DNA of 64,000 nucleotides from Pseudomonadota bacterium (GTDB taxonomy: Bacteria > Pseudomonadota > Alphaproteobacteria > Rickettsiales > UBA1997): NCBI GenBank assembly GCA_018970485.1, contig JAGWWH010000003.1:20497-84496 (forward strand), read 5' to 3'. This document shows, piece by piece, positions 47,354 through 56,710 of this stretch; within the stretch, counting starts at the first letter, position 1; each line of letters opens with the position of its first letter. The notes below the pieces were generated by a model, which did not search any database, was not told the DNA's origin, and saw only the letters and a program-made list of their open reading frames with translations. Both the position numbers and the translations under genes were made by a program.

Positions 47354-49758
47354 AAAAAACTCTACCTCTCCTTCTTGCAATCGGAACTTTTGTAATTTTA
47401 ACAGTTCTGCTTTTTGGCTTTTTGACCTTCAAGCGTTACAGCGAAAATCTTCCTGATTACGAGCAGCTCAAAAACTACAACCCAATGATCACCTCGCGCC
47501 TCTACGCCGCAGATGGCTCTTTGATCAGTGAATTCTCAAAAGAAAAAAGAATTTTTGTTCCAATCAACAACATTCCAAAAAATTTAATTAACGCTTTTCT
47601 CGCCGCAGAGGATGCGAATTTTTACAAACATTCTGGGATTGATCCGACAGCAATTTTTCGCGCTTCAGTCAGAAATTTTTTCACGGTATTAAGCGGACAA
47701 GGCACGGTTGGCGGGGCTTCAACGATTACTCAACAAGTTGTAAAAAACTTTTTGCTTACGCGCGAAAGAACTTTCCAACGCAAAATTAAAGAAGCGATTT
47801 TGGCGTTTCGTATTAGCCAAACTTTAACTAAAGACCAAGTTCTCGAACTCTATTTAAACCAGATCTACCTTGGCTCGGGGGCTTATGGCGTCGCTGCCGC
47901 AGCACAGGTTTATTTCGACAAATCAATCGACGAATTAGCACTCGAAGAAGATGCGCTTCTCGCCACTTTACCGAAAGCGCCGTCAAAACTTGATCCGCGC
48001 AAAAATATTGAAAGAGCCAAAGAGCGCCGAGATTGGGTGCTTGATCGCATGGTTGTTGAAGGATTTATTTCCGACAAAGAAAGTCGCGAAGCAATGGAGC
48101 AAGAAATTATTTTAAACACAAAAATCACGACCGGCGAAGGAGTTAAAGCCAGCTTCTTTTCTGACTCGGTAAAAAAAGAATTGAGCGCACTTTACAGCTC
48201 AGACGGAGTCTTTGAAAATGGCTACGTAATTCGCACTACACTCGATCCAAAAATTCAAAATCTTGCCGTCAAAAACCTTGAAGCCGGAATCGAAGAATAT
48301 GACCGCAAACACGGTTACCGCGGCGCTCTCGGCAAAATTGATGTTACTGATAAATGGCACGAAACGCTTAACGCATTTGATGTCAAAAAGCTCTACAAAG
48401 ACACTTGGAAAAAGGCTGTAATACTTTCTTTGTCAAAAGACTCAGCGACAATCGGTACCGAAAATAGTGAGTTAGGCTCAATCGAATTTTCTTCGCTAAA
48501 ATGGGCACAGAAATATTTGAACATTGACGCCCGCGGCCCAGTGCCAAAAAAAATCACCGACGTGCTTGCGGTGGGAGATGTAGTCTTTGTTGAGAAAACT
48601 GCAAAAGAAGGAGTCTTTGCTCTTAAACAACTACCTGAAGTAAATGGTGGATTCATCGCTCTCGACCCTCACAACGGAAGGGTTCTTGCCATGAGCGGAG
48701 GTTACGTTGACGCACCAAATCAATTTAATCGTGCAACACAAGCAATGCGTCAACCTGGCTCGACAATGAAAACTTTCGGCTACATCGCCGCCTTAGAAAA
48801 TGGCATGACGCCAGCAACGGTAATAATGGACGAAGAAATCACTCTTAACCAAGGCATTGGTTTACCACCTTACTCTCCAACAAATTACTCGGGAGAATTT
48901 TACGGACCAACCACTCTGCGCACAGGTCTGGAGCTATCTCGTAACGTTACTGCAGTTAGAATGGCTGACCAAGTTGGATTAGAAAAAGTTGTCGAAGTCG
49001 TCAAAAAATTTGGTGTGAATGACAATCCAAAAGAAATTTATTCACTCATCTTGGGATCAACAGAGACAACAGTTCTTCGCCTCGCTACTGCTTACGCAAT
49101 GATGGTTAATGGTGGCAAAAAAATTACGCCGTCAATGATTGAAAAAATTCAGGATCGCGAAGGAAAAACAATTTACCGCCGCGACCAAAGAAATTGTGAC
49201 ATCTGCATTAACTCAGATCAGGTGCCGTTTCTTCCAGAAACGAGTGAGGAAGTTATTGATTCAGCCACCGCTTACCAAATCACTTACATGCTACAAGGAG
49301 TTGTTGATCGAGGCACAGCGGGACGTGCACGTGGAATCGGAAAAATTGTTGGTGGCAAAACTGGAACAACAAACAGCTCTTACGACTCTTGGTTTGTTGG
49401 CTTCTCGCCTGACTTAGTTGTCGCAGTTTACGTTGGATTCGACAATCCAAAATCACTCGGCTCAGAAGAAACTGGAGCTTCAATCGCTCTGCCAATCTTT
49501 GTTAACTTCATGAAAGAAGCCCTAAAGGATCAGCCTTCGACTCCTTTCCGAGTTCCTAGCAGTGTAAAATTTGTGAAGGTCGATCGCACAACTGGAAAAT
49601 ATCCAACACCTTCGACACCTAAAGAACGCGTATTTTTCGAAGCGTTAAAGTTGAACGACACAATTGACGAATCTAATGAAGAGAATTTTTCCGGCGAAAA
49701 TTCTTCTGGAGAATTTAGCGAAACACCTACGGATTCTGATCCGACGGGGATTTATTAA
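47350..49758 (+). CDS. mrcA: penicillin-binding protein 1A (bifunctional)
   Basis: Glycosyltransferase motifs EDANFYKHSGID and GASTITQQ. Transpeptidase motifs STMK, SRN and KTGTT. Confidence 0.92.
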   Translation: MKKTLPLLLAIGTFVILTVLLFGFLTFKRYSENLPDYEQLKNYNPMITSRLYAADGSLISEFSKEKRIFVPINNIPKNLINAFLAAEDANFYKHSGIDPTAIFRASVRNFFTVLSGQGTVGGASTITQQVVKNFLLTRERTFQRKIKEAILAFRISQTLTKDQVLELYLNQIYLGSGAYGVAAAAQVYFDKSIDELALEEDALLATLPKAPSKLDPRKNIERAKERRDWVLDRMVVEGFISDKESREAMEQEIILNTKITTGEGVKASFFSDSVKKELSALYSSDGVFENGYVIRTTLDPKIQNLAVKNLEAGIEEYDRKHGYRGALGKIDVTDKWHETLNAFDVKKLYKDTWKKAVILSLSKDSATIGTENSELGSIEFSSLKWAQKYLNIDARGPVPKKITDVLAVGDVVFVEKTAKEGVFALKQLPEVNGGFIALDPHNGRVLAMSGGYVDAPNQFNRATQAMRQPGSTMKTFGYIAALENGMTPATVIMDEEITLNQGIGLPPYSPTNYSGEFYGPTTLRTGLELSRNVTAVRMADQVGLEKVVEVVKKFGVNDNPKEIYSLILGSTETTVLRLATAYAMMVNGGKKITPSMIEKIQDREGKTIYRRDQRNCDICINSDQVPFLPETSEEVIDSATAYQITYMLQGVVDRGTAGRARGIGKIVGGKTGTTNSSYDSWFVGFSPDLVVAVYVGFDNPKSLGSEETGASIALPIFVNFMKEALKDQPSTPFRVPSSVKFVKVDRTTGKYPTPSTPKERVFFEALKLNDTIDESNEENFSGENSSGEFSETPTDSDPTGIY

Positions 49759-49776
49759 AGATTCCGTTCTCTAGTT

Positions 49777-49858
49777 CGTCATTGCGAGGAGCGTAGCGAC
49801 GCGGCAATCCATCTTTACTCGCGACGAAATGGATTGCCACGCTTCGCTCGCAATGACG
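49777..49858. repeat. palindromic element, family B
   Basis: Long arm CGTCATTGCGAGGAGCGTAGCGACGCGGCAATCCAT and short arm ATGGATTGCCACGCTTCGCTCGCAATGACG. Confidence 0.85.
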
Positions 49859-49889
49859 TGAAAAATGAGGAAATCAAAAAATAAATAAA

Positions 49890-50132
49890 ATGTCCGAACT
49901 CATCTCCTTCTTCCTCATCCTCACCGTCATTCTGATCGCCATCCGCTTTTTCATCGCGCAGAATTCTTACGAGAAAATTATTAGTTTTTACTTCATTTTC
50001 ACCAATTTGATTTTGCTGATTTTGATTAATTCAGTCACCAATTTCGACGCCATTCTCGACGTCATTATTTTGCTCTTCCTGCTGAAGTTAATGGCGGTTT
50101 TGTTTCTGCTTTTTAATCGGAAGAAGATTTAA
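49890..50132 (+). CDS. Mrp/Mnh-type cation:proton antiporter subunit F-like
   Basis: 80 aa, 3 TM segments. Pattern and position upstream of the subunit G-like gene fit this family. Confidence 0.55.
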   Translation: MSELISFFLILTVILIAIRFFIAQNSYEKIISFYFIFTNLILLILINSVTNFDAILDVIILLFLLKLMAVLFLLFNRKKI

Positions 50133-50159
50133 CTGACGTTAAGTTTACCCCATACTTTT

Positions 50160-50251
50160 CACGTCATCCCCGCGAAGGCGGGGATCCAGTAGGTTCTCAC
50201 CGAGTGCTCGGAAAGTTTTTTCTGGATCCCCGCCTTCGCGGGGATGACGTG
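50160..50251. repeat. palindromic element, family A (perfect 30-bp arms)
   Basis: CACGTCATCCCCGCGAAGGCGGGGATCCAG at 50160-50189 and its exact reverse complement at 50222-50251. Confidence 0.9.
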
Positions 50252-50274
50252 CTTAGTAAGTACTATTCAAATTA

Positions 50275-50571
50275 ATGAACATCCTCTCCCTCGCCATCTC
50301 CATCCCAGCCTCTCTACTCCTAATCACATCCGCCCTCGCCTTTTTACGCGCGAAGGATGTTTTCACAATGACGCACGTGGTGATGATAGCGAATTGCTAC
50401 ATCATTCCACTCGTTTTAATCAGCGTCACAATCGAGCATTTTTCTTGGCTCGCACTCACAAAAATTGTCGCACTGATTTTGTTAAATTTGATTGTCGCAA
50501 ATCTGCTTTGTTACCTCGTCGTTCGCCGCGCAATGGCGAATAAAATCGTTCCCGACGCGCAAACAAAATAA
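50275..50571 (+). CDS. Mrp/Mnh-type cation:proton antiporter subunit G-like
   Basis: 98 aa, 3 TM segments. LAFLRAKDVFTMTHV resembles the MnhG motif (RxPDxxxRxH). Confidence 0.65.
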   Translation: MNILSLAISIPASLLLITSALAFLRAKDVFTMTHVVMIANCYIIPLVLISVTIEHFSWLALTKIVALILLNLIVANLLCYLVVRRAMANKIVPDAQTK

Positions 50572-50596
50572 TTCTAAAAACACCCCCACACTACCA

Positions 50597-50685
50597 CGCC
50601 ATCCCCGAGAAGGCGGGGATCCAGACAACAATCTCGGAAGTGGTACCGTCACCCCCTGAACCCCTTCCCTTGCTGGGATGACGCG
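50597..50685. repeat. family A palindromic element, degenerate
   Basis: CGCCATCCCCGAGAAGGCGGGGATCCAG (50597-50624) with a decayed partner ending in GCTGGGATGACGCG (about 50661-50685). Confidence 0.6.
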
Positions 50686-50707
50686 TAAGAAACGAGTAAA
50701 CTAAAAA

Positions 50708-52510
50708 CTACTCGTCCAGCTTCAGCGCCGCCAAAAAGGCACTTTGCGGAATTTCTACGTTACCGATTTCGCGCATTTTCTTTTTACCTTTCTTCTGCTT
50801 GTCGAGGAGTTTTCTTTTACGAGAAATGTCTCCGCCGTAGCACTTCGCGGTAACGTCTTTACGCATTGCTGACACGGTTTCGCGCGCAACAATTTTTCCA
50901 CCAATCGCCGCTTGAATCGCAATGTTGAACATTTGTCTTGGGATTAATTCCTTCAGCTTCGCACAGATTTTTCTGCCTCTGGTTTCGGCGTGAGTTTTGT
51001 GCGTAATGAAAGAGAGAGCATCCACCGGCTCAGCATTCACCATTATTGAGAGCTTCACGAGTTGACTTTCTTCGTAGCCATCCATTTGCCAATCGAAGCT
51101 GGCGTAACCGCGCGAGCAAGATTTTAGGCGGTCGTAAAAGTCGTAAACAATTTCATTGAGCGGCAAACGGTAAACCAACATTGCGCGATCTACTACGTAG
51201 CTTAACTCTTTTTGAATGCCGCGTTTTTGGGTGCAGAGTTCGAGAACAGATCCAAGGAATTCGTCCGGCGTCATTATTGTCGCCTTGATCCACGGCTCTT
51301 CCATTTTTTCGATTTGGGTTGGATCTGGCATTTCCGCAGGCGAGTGAATTTCGCGAATCTCGCCAGCTGGGTGACGCATGTGGATTTTGTAAATTACTGA
51401 AGGAGCAGTGGTGATTAAATCCAAATCAAATTCGCGCTCGAGACGCTCTTGAATAATTTCCAAATGCAACAATCCGAGGAAGCCGCAGCGAAAGCCGTAG
51501 CCTAGCGCGGAAGAAGTTTCGGTTTCGTATTCGAAGCTCGCGTCGTTTAAATGTAACTTCGCCAAAGCGTCGCGGAATTTTTCAAAATCCGACGCGTCGA
51601 TTGGATAAATTCCACAAAAAACTACCGGCTGATTTTGTTTAAAACCTGGCAGCAAAGTGGCTTTTTCATTGCCGGCAAGCACTAGCGTGTCACCAACTTT
51701 ACAATCCGCGACTTGCTTAATTTGCGCGTTAATAAAGCCGACTTCGCCAGCTTTTAATTCGTCACAGAAAAATTTCTTCGGCGTAAAAAATCCGACTGAA
51801 TCAACTTGGTAAATTGCATTCGCCGCCAACATTTTAATTTTTTGTCCCTTCTTGATCGAGCCGTCAATCACGCGCGCGAGAATGATTACGCCGAGATATT
51901 GGTCGTACCAACTGTCAATTAGCAGAGCTTTGAAATCGCCGTCAGGATTTCCTTTTGGTGCTGGTAATCTTTTCACAACCGCTTCGAGCGTGTCGTGAAT
52001 TCCAACACCGGTTTTAGCCGAAACGAGAATCGCTTCAGACGCGTCAATCCCAATTACTTCTTCAATTTGTTTTTTTACTGACTCTGGATCCGAAGCGGGA
52101 AGATCGATTTTATTCAGCACTGGCACGATCTCGTGATTGTTGTCAATCGCTTGGTAAACATTCGCCAGCGTTTGCGCTTCCACGCCTTGTGTTGAATCGA
52201 CAACCAAAATCGAACCCTCGCAAGCCGCCAAACAACGACTCACCTCGTAACCAAAATCGACGTGACCTGGCGTATCCATTAGGTTGAGCATGTAAGTCTC
52301 GCCGTCGTCAGCTTTGTAAGAAAGGCGCACGGTTTGCGCTTTAATCGTGATTCCGCGCTCTTTTTCAATGTCCATTGAGTCGAGAATCTGCGCGCTCATT
52401 TCGCGCTCTTCAATCGCTCCACACTCTTGAATCAAGCGGTCGGAGAGAGTTGATTTACCGTGGTCAATGTGGGCAACAATCGAGAAGTTACGGATGTGCG
52501 AGAGAGACAT
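50708..52510 (-). CDS. lepA: elongation factor 4
   Basis: [16 protein letters not shown] start and full LepA pattern, 600 aa. Confidence 0.97.
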   Translation of the reverse strand: MSLSHIRNFSIVAHIDHGKSTLSDRLIQECGAIEEREMSAQILDSMDIEKERGITIKAQTVRLSYKADDGETYMLNLMDTPGHVDFGYEVSRCLAACEGSILVVDSTQGVEAQTLANVYQAIDNNHEIVPVLNKIDLPASDPESVKKQIEEVIGIDASEAILVSAKTGVGIHDTLEAVVKRLPAPKGNPDGDFKALLIDSWYDQYLGVIILARVIDGSIKKGQKIKMLAANAIYQVDSVGFFTPKKFFCDELKAGEVGFINAQIKQVADCKVGDTLVLAGNEKATLLPGFKQNQPVVFCGIYPIDASDFEKFRDALAKLHLNDASFEYETETSSALGYGFRCGFLGLLHLEIIQERLEREFDLDLITTAPSVIYKIHMRHPAGEIREIHSPAEMPDPTQIEKMEEPWIKATIMTPDEFLGSVLELCTQKRGIQKELSYVVDRAMLVYRLPLNEIVYDFYDRLKSCSRGYASFDWQMDGYEESQLVKLSIMVNAEPVDALSFITHKTHAETRGRKICAKLKELIPRQMFNIAIQAAIGGKIVARETVSAMRKDVTAKCYGGDISRKRKLLDKQKKGKKKMREIGNVEIPQSAFLAALKLDE

Positions 52511-52763
52511 TTCGAGGGAGAATTTTTAAATTTTGAAAAGGGCGCGCACCTTAAAAGCACTCAACAAATTGTCACCCTCTCCCTCACGCGCTGATCATTC
52601 TCAATCCTCGCTGATCAAGAGAATAAGGTTTAAGGTTGAGACTTTTTTCGTGAATTTTTTCTGACGAAATCGACCGCAATTAGATTTTTCGCCAAATCTA
52701 CTTGGATAATTTCAATCCCCAGCCTTACCTTCGCTCAACCCCTGAATCCTCAACTCATTCTCA

Positions 52764-54200
52764 ATGAAAAAGAAATTAATCCTCACCTTTCTAATCCTAA
52801 TTTTATTGCTTTCTGCCTATTCTGGTTTTTGGTTTTTTGAAGCACGTCAAGTCGAAAAAGAATTACGTAATCTCAGCACCTACCAAGGACAAAGCGTTTC
52901 AATGGGAGAGGTGAAGGTTTCGGGATTTCCATTTAGCAAAGAAATTCGCATTAAAGATTTAAAAATTTCTCAGCCAGAAGATGGATCTTTGGGATTTAAA
53001 GAGTTGGTGGTGAAAAATGTTTCTGGAGCAAATGATTTCGAAATGAATGCAGTTGGGGCAATCACCTTTAACAATGGAGAAGGGAAGGGATTAATCATTG
53101 AATTCGATCCAGAAAGCAAAGTTGGCGTTACTGTGAAGCAAGGAAAAGTAGCGCAAGTGAAGTGGTCGGGCACTGGTTACAAAATTAACTCAGAACAAAC
53201 CAATGCTGCAATTTCAACACTCTCTTCCAAAAGCCTTGAAAGCGAAATCGCTTTTGGTGAGCACTTAACTTACAAAGTCAAAGCAACAGACGTAAAAATT
53301 ACTAACGCCGAAAATGCAGATTTATTTTCCGCAGATTTAATAAGTTTAAACCTTGAATGCCCTAATGAATTGACTGAAGGAGGAGTAATCAAATTTGATT
53401 TAACTCTAAAAGAGTTTCTTACCCTCAAAGCTTTGAAAAACCTGGTTCCAAGCCAGTTAGCAGAAAATAAGAAAAACTTTTTAGTCAGTGGCGAATTTTC
53501 TTTTGCTGACAACGCAGCAGTAGCAGAAAAAAATCACCTACTTTCCAAAGACATCACTTTCACTTTGAAAAATTTAGAATTTTCTGAAACCAACTTCAAA
53601 ATTTCTGCTAGTGGCTCAATTAAAAAAAGCGCAGTTGAGAACTTGCCTTCCGGTGAGTTCAACCTGCTAATTGAAAATATTGATTACCTGCTTGGAATAA
53701 TCGCGGACTCAACTCATCAGGAAAATAAATTCCTCTCGAATGCAGAAATCATTAAACAGTTGGGAAGTGTGAATCCAACAAGCAAAGACAAGGTTCTGGC
53801 CTTCAACCTTCGCTTAGACAAGAGCACTAACAGCGAAATTCAAGTCAATGACGTAAGTCAAAAAGCTGTAGCTCGCACAGCGAACGAAATCGCAATGCAA
53901 GCTCGAATGGATCAACTAGATGCCGAAATCGCGCAGGAAAAAAATAAGTTAAAAAAGAAAAAACTTACACAAGCAAAGCAGCAATCTTTTTCACAACTTC
54001 CACCAAAGTTTGATTCAAGCAAAATTGACTTAACCACTCTAAACTCTGCGCACGTAGATGTAAGTAAGGTAGATCAAAGCCTTGGCCAAGAAAAAATTAA
54101 TCAATTTTACCAAATCCTTTCGAATCAGAAAAATATTAACACCGAAGCAACCGCCGCTCCACAAACTCCTGCTACAATTGAAACTGAAGTAAAAAAATAA
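52764..54200 (+). CDS. hypothetical exported/anchored protein, possibly DUF2125-like, with a coiled-coil and Q-rich C-terminal extension
   Basis: N-terminal anchor LLLLSAYSGFWFFEARQ, similar to alphaproteobacterial DUF2125 proteins as recalled from memory. Its stop overlaps the hisS start as TAATG. Confidence 0.45.
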   Translation: MKKKLILTFLILILLLSAYSGFWFFEARQVEKELRNLSTYQGQSVSMGEVKVSGFPFSKEIRIKDLKISQPEDGSLGFKELVVKNVSGANDFEMNAVGAITFNNGEGKGLIIEFDPESKVGVTVKQGKVAQVKWSGTGYKINSEQTNAAISTLSSKSLESEIAFGEHLTYKVKATDVKITNAENADLFSADLISLNLECPNELTEGGVIKFDLTLKEFLTLKALKNLVPSQLAENKKNFLVSGEFSFADNAAVAEKNHLLSKDITFTLKNLEFSETNFKISASGSIKKSAVENLPSGEFNLLIENIDYLLGIIADSTHQENKFLSNAEIIKQLGSVNPTSKDKVLAFNLRLDKSTNSEIQVNDVSQKAVARTANEIAMQARMDQLDAEIAQEKNKLKKKKLTQAKQQSFSQLPPKFDSSKIDLTTLNSAHVDVSKVDQSLGQEKINQFYQILSNQKNINTEATAAPQTPATIETEVKK

Positions 54201-55453
54201 TGTCGACTCACAAACTTCAACCCGTTCGAGGCACGAAAGACCTGTTCGCAGACGAGATCAAAATTTTTAATCACATTGTCGCAACCGCAAAAAAACGCGG
54301 AGAAAATTTTGGATTTGAAGAATTACAAACGCCGATTTTTGAGTTCAGCGAAGTGTTTGAGCGTAACCTTGGCGAGGCTTCCGACATCATTTCCAAAGAG
54401 GTTTACAAATTTCCTGACCGCGGCGGCAACACACTGACTCTACGTCCTGAATTCACTGCTGGCGTCGTTCGCGCCTTAATTTCAAACGGAGAATTACAAC
54501 AAGTTTTACCAAAAAAGTTTTTTTCTTACGGCCCGATTTTCCGCTACGACCGTCCACAAAAAGGCCGTCAACGCCAATTCCACCAAATTAATTTTGAAGT
54601 TTTTGGTGAAGAAAATTTTTTCTGCGACGTTGAAGCAATCACGCTTGCGACTTTGATTCTAAAAGATCTCGGCGTGCTCGAAAAAACTACGCTTGAAATT
54701 AATTCCCTCGGCTGCGCGCAAACAAAAATAAATTACGAATCAGCTCTTCGCGAATATTTCACCAAATTTAAAAACGAACTTTCTGCGGATTCACAAATCC
54801 GTTTAGAAAAAAATCCGCTGCGCATCCTTGATTCTAAAGAGGCGCAAGACATTGAGCTTCTCGCCGACGCCCCAAAAATTTCTGATTTTTACTCCGACGA
54901 AGCGAAATCGCGTTTTGATTCAACACTAAATTTACTCACCAAATTCAACGTCAAACACCAAGTAAATCAAAGGCTCGTGCGTGGTTTAGATTACTACACT
55001 TCAACAGTTTTTGAATTCGCAATGAACTTCGAAGGCGCGCAAAACGCGGTTCTCGCCGGTGGTCGTTACGACAATCTTGTTGAAAAAATGAGTGACAAAA
55101 AAATCCCCGCTTTTGGCTTTGCCGCAGGAATTGAACGCCTAATGCTCCTCGCAAAATTAGATTTACCAAAAACTCGCCCAATTGCCGTAAATTACATTTC
55201 AGAAAATGAGAAAGTTTACGCATTTGAAATCGCGCAAAGGCTACGTAAATCTGGTTTCGTGGTAGAATTTGTTTGCAGCGGAAATTTCAAAAAACAAATG
55301 AAGCGCGCCTCACAAAATGACTCACGTTTCGTAGTAATTCTTGGCGAAGAAGAAATGAAAAATAACGAAGCTTCGGTAAAAGATTTTGACAATTCTTCTG
55401 AGCAAAAAGTGAAGCGCGAACTACTCGTCGCTTACCTCGAAGGTAAAACTTAA
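54200..55453 (+). CDS. hisS: histidyl-tRNA synthetase
   Basis: Motifs RGTKD, LRPEFT and YYTSTVFE...GGRYD. Confidence 0.95.
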   Translation: MSTHKLQPVRGTKDLFADEIKIFNHIVATAKKRGENFGFEELQTPIFEFSEVFERNLGEASDIISKEVYKFPDRGGNTLTLRPEFTAGVVRALISNGELQQVLPKKFFSYGPIFRYDRPQKGRQRQFHQINFEVFGEENFFCDVEAITLATLILKDLGVLEKTTLEINSLGCAQTKINYESALREYFTKFKNELSADSQIRLEKNPLRILDSKEAQDIELLADAPKISDFYSDEAKSRFDSTLNLLTKFNVKHQVNQRLVRGLDYYTSTVFEFAMNFEGAQNAVLAGGRYDNLVEKMSDKKIPAFGFAAGIERLMLLAKLDLPKTRPIAVNYISENEKVYAFEIAQRLRKSGFVVEFVCSGNFKKQMKRASQNDSRFVVILGEEEMKNNEASVKDFDNSSEQKVKRELLVAYLEGKT

Positions 55454-56373
55454 GACTTCCAAACCTTTACCAATCCTCGATCCAAAAGCAGCTGATTTAA
55501 GTAAACTCCCTCATTTGCCACCAACTGTGGGTCGGAAATTTTCTTGTCGAAAAAAACGTCGGCAACGTAACGACCGTAAATGTCGGTCTTGTTGGTTCTG
55601 ACAATTAAAAATGCCACACCGCGTAAATTTTCTTGTAAAAATCTTGTTACTTTTTTGCCTTCAGCTGTGTCGGAAGCAGCAGCGTCAATTTGGCTGAGAC
55701 GCAAGATTTCACGGTGCTCAACGCCGAATCCTAAATCGAGCGTAACGTGAATTGTGTCACCGTCAACGATTCGCTCTAATTTAGCTTTGTAGGTGTATTC
55801 GTTTTTGGTGCTTGGTGCTTTGTGCTTGGCGTTTAGGTAAATGTTGAAGCCTAAATCAATTTTTCCGTTTTTTAGGGTGTGAGTAAAAAGTTGGCCGCGT
55901 TTGCAGCGTAATTTTGTCAGAACGTAATTTTTATTTTTCGTTTTTTTGTTGGTTTTGACGACTTCTTTTTGCAGCTTTTTTGAACTTAAATCCTCTTTTA
56001 CAACCAAGTCTTCAAGCAGTAAGCGCTTGGTGTCGTCCTTAACGGAAACTAAGTTACGGTAGTGACTCCAATTTAATTTTTTCTCTGGGCTTGGAAGGGT
56101 TTTGTAAGTTTTGTAAAAGGCGTGCATTTGGTAGAGCACGCGCTCGTGAATATTCGTGTCTTTCGACAAACGCACAACCAACTCTTTTCCGTAATTATTT
56201 CTCTCACTTGGTTTTAAATTCTTGCGTAAAAAGCCTTCGATTTTTTCACCAATTTGCCAACTCATTTTCACCTTTTCGTAATTCACCGAAGCAACGAGAT
56301 TTTCCTCAGTTTGCTTGATTGTTTTGCGAATCTCAGAAAGTAGTTTTGTGTAAATTTGGGTTGTGACTTGCAT
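55450..56373 (-). CDS. fusion protein: DUF1016_N (YhcG N-terminal)-like domain plus staphylococcal-nuclease (SNase)-like C-terminal domain
   Basis: The N-terminal SWQIGEKI...NNYGKELVVRLSKD...ERVLYQMHAFYKTY resembles the YhcG N-domain. The C-terminal IVDGDTIHV...ILRLSQIDAA...DIYGRYVADVF...LLLDRGL resembles thermonuclease. Confidence 0.6.
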   Translation of the reverse strand: MQVTTQIYTKLLSEIRKTIKQTEENLVASVNYEKVKMSWQIGEKIEGFLRKNLKPSERNNYGKELVVRLSKDTNIHERVLYQMHAFYKTYKTLPSPEKKLNWSHYRNLVSVKDDTKRLLLEDLVVKEDLSSKKLQKEVVKTNKKTKNKNYVLTKLRCKRGQLFTHTLKNGKIDLGFNIYLNAKHKAPSTKNEYTYKAKLERIVDGDTIHVTLDLGFGVEHREILRLSQIDAAASDTAEGKKVTRFLQENLRGVAFLIVRTNKTDIYGRYVADVFFDKKISDPQLVANEGVYLNQLLLDRGLVKVWKS

Positions 56374-56470
56374 GGGCTTGGAGTATTTGGGTTAAAGGCT
56401 AGAGAGGTGTTACAAAAGATTTTGAACCCAGGTTCAAAATCTCATTTTTTCCTTTTTTGTTCTTCTGAAG

Positions 56471-56580
56471 TCGTGACGAAATGGATTGCCACGCTTCGCT
56501 CGCAATGACGTTGAAAGAAGGTGCCTTACTCTAAGCGTCATTGCGAGGAGCGAAGCGACGTGGCAATCCATTTCGTCGCA
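56471..56580. repeat. palindromic element, family B (arms in opposite order to the 49.8 kb copy)
   Basis: The short arm (56481-56510) is identical to 49829-49858. Long arm CGTCATTGCGAGGAGCGAAGCGACGTGGCAATCCAT lies at 56536-56571. The arms extend with TCGTGACGAA / TTCGTCGCA. Confidence 0.85.
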
Positions 56581-56585
56581 AGGAA

Positions 56586-56643
56586 TTAGCTAAATTTTTT
56601 CACAATTTCCGCAACAGTGTCGCTCAGCTTTTTTCGACTGGTA
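56586..56643 (-). pseudogene. relic duplicate of the glycosyltransferase 3' end
   Basis: TTAGCTAAATTTTTTCACAATTTCCGCAACAGTGTCGCTCAG...TTTTTTCGACTGGTA parallels 56721-56789. It still encodes KLSDTVAEIVKKFS-stop, identical to the real C-terminus. Confidence 0.7.
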
Positions 56644-56682
56644 GCAGAAAGACGTTTAAAGCAAGTGCTCAAATTAGAGACC

Positions 56683-56710
56683 CGTCATTCCCGCGCAGGC
56701 GGGAATCCAG
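56683..56710. repeat. family A half-element (variant)
   Basis: CGTCATTCCCGCGCAGGCGGGAATCCAG. Confidence 0.7.

Noticed and set aside
50244-50543. 99-aa ORF overlapping the mrpG-like gene
   Set aside because: It starts inside the family A palindrome. It is in a different frame from the hydrophobic 3-TM product expected for a membrane subunit. Its composition is Arg/His-rich, typical of an off-frame read.
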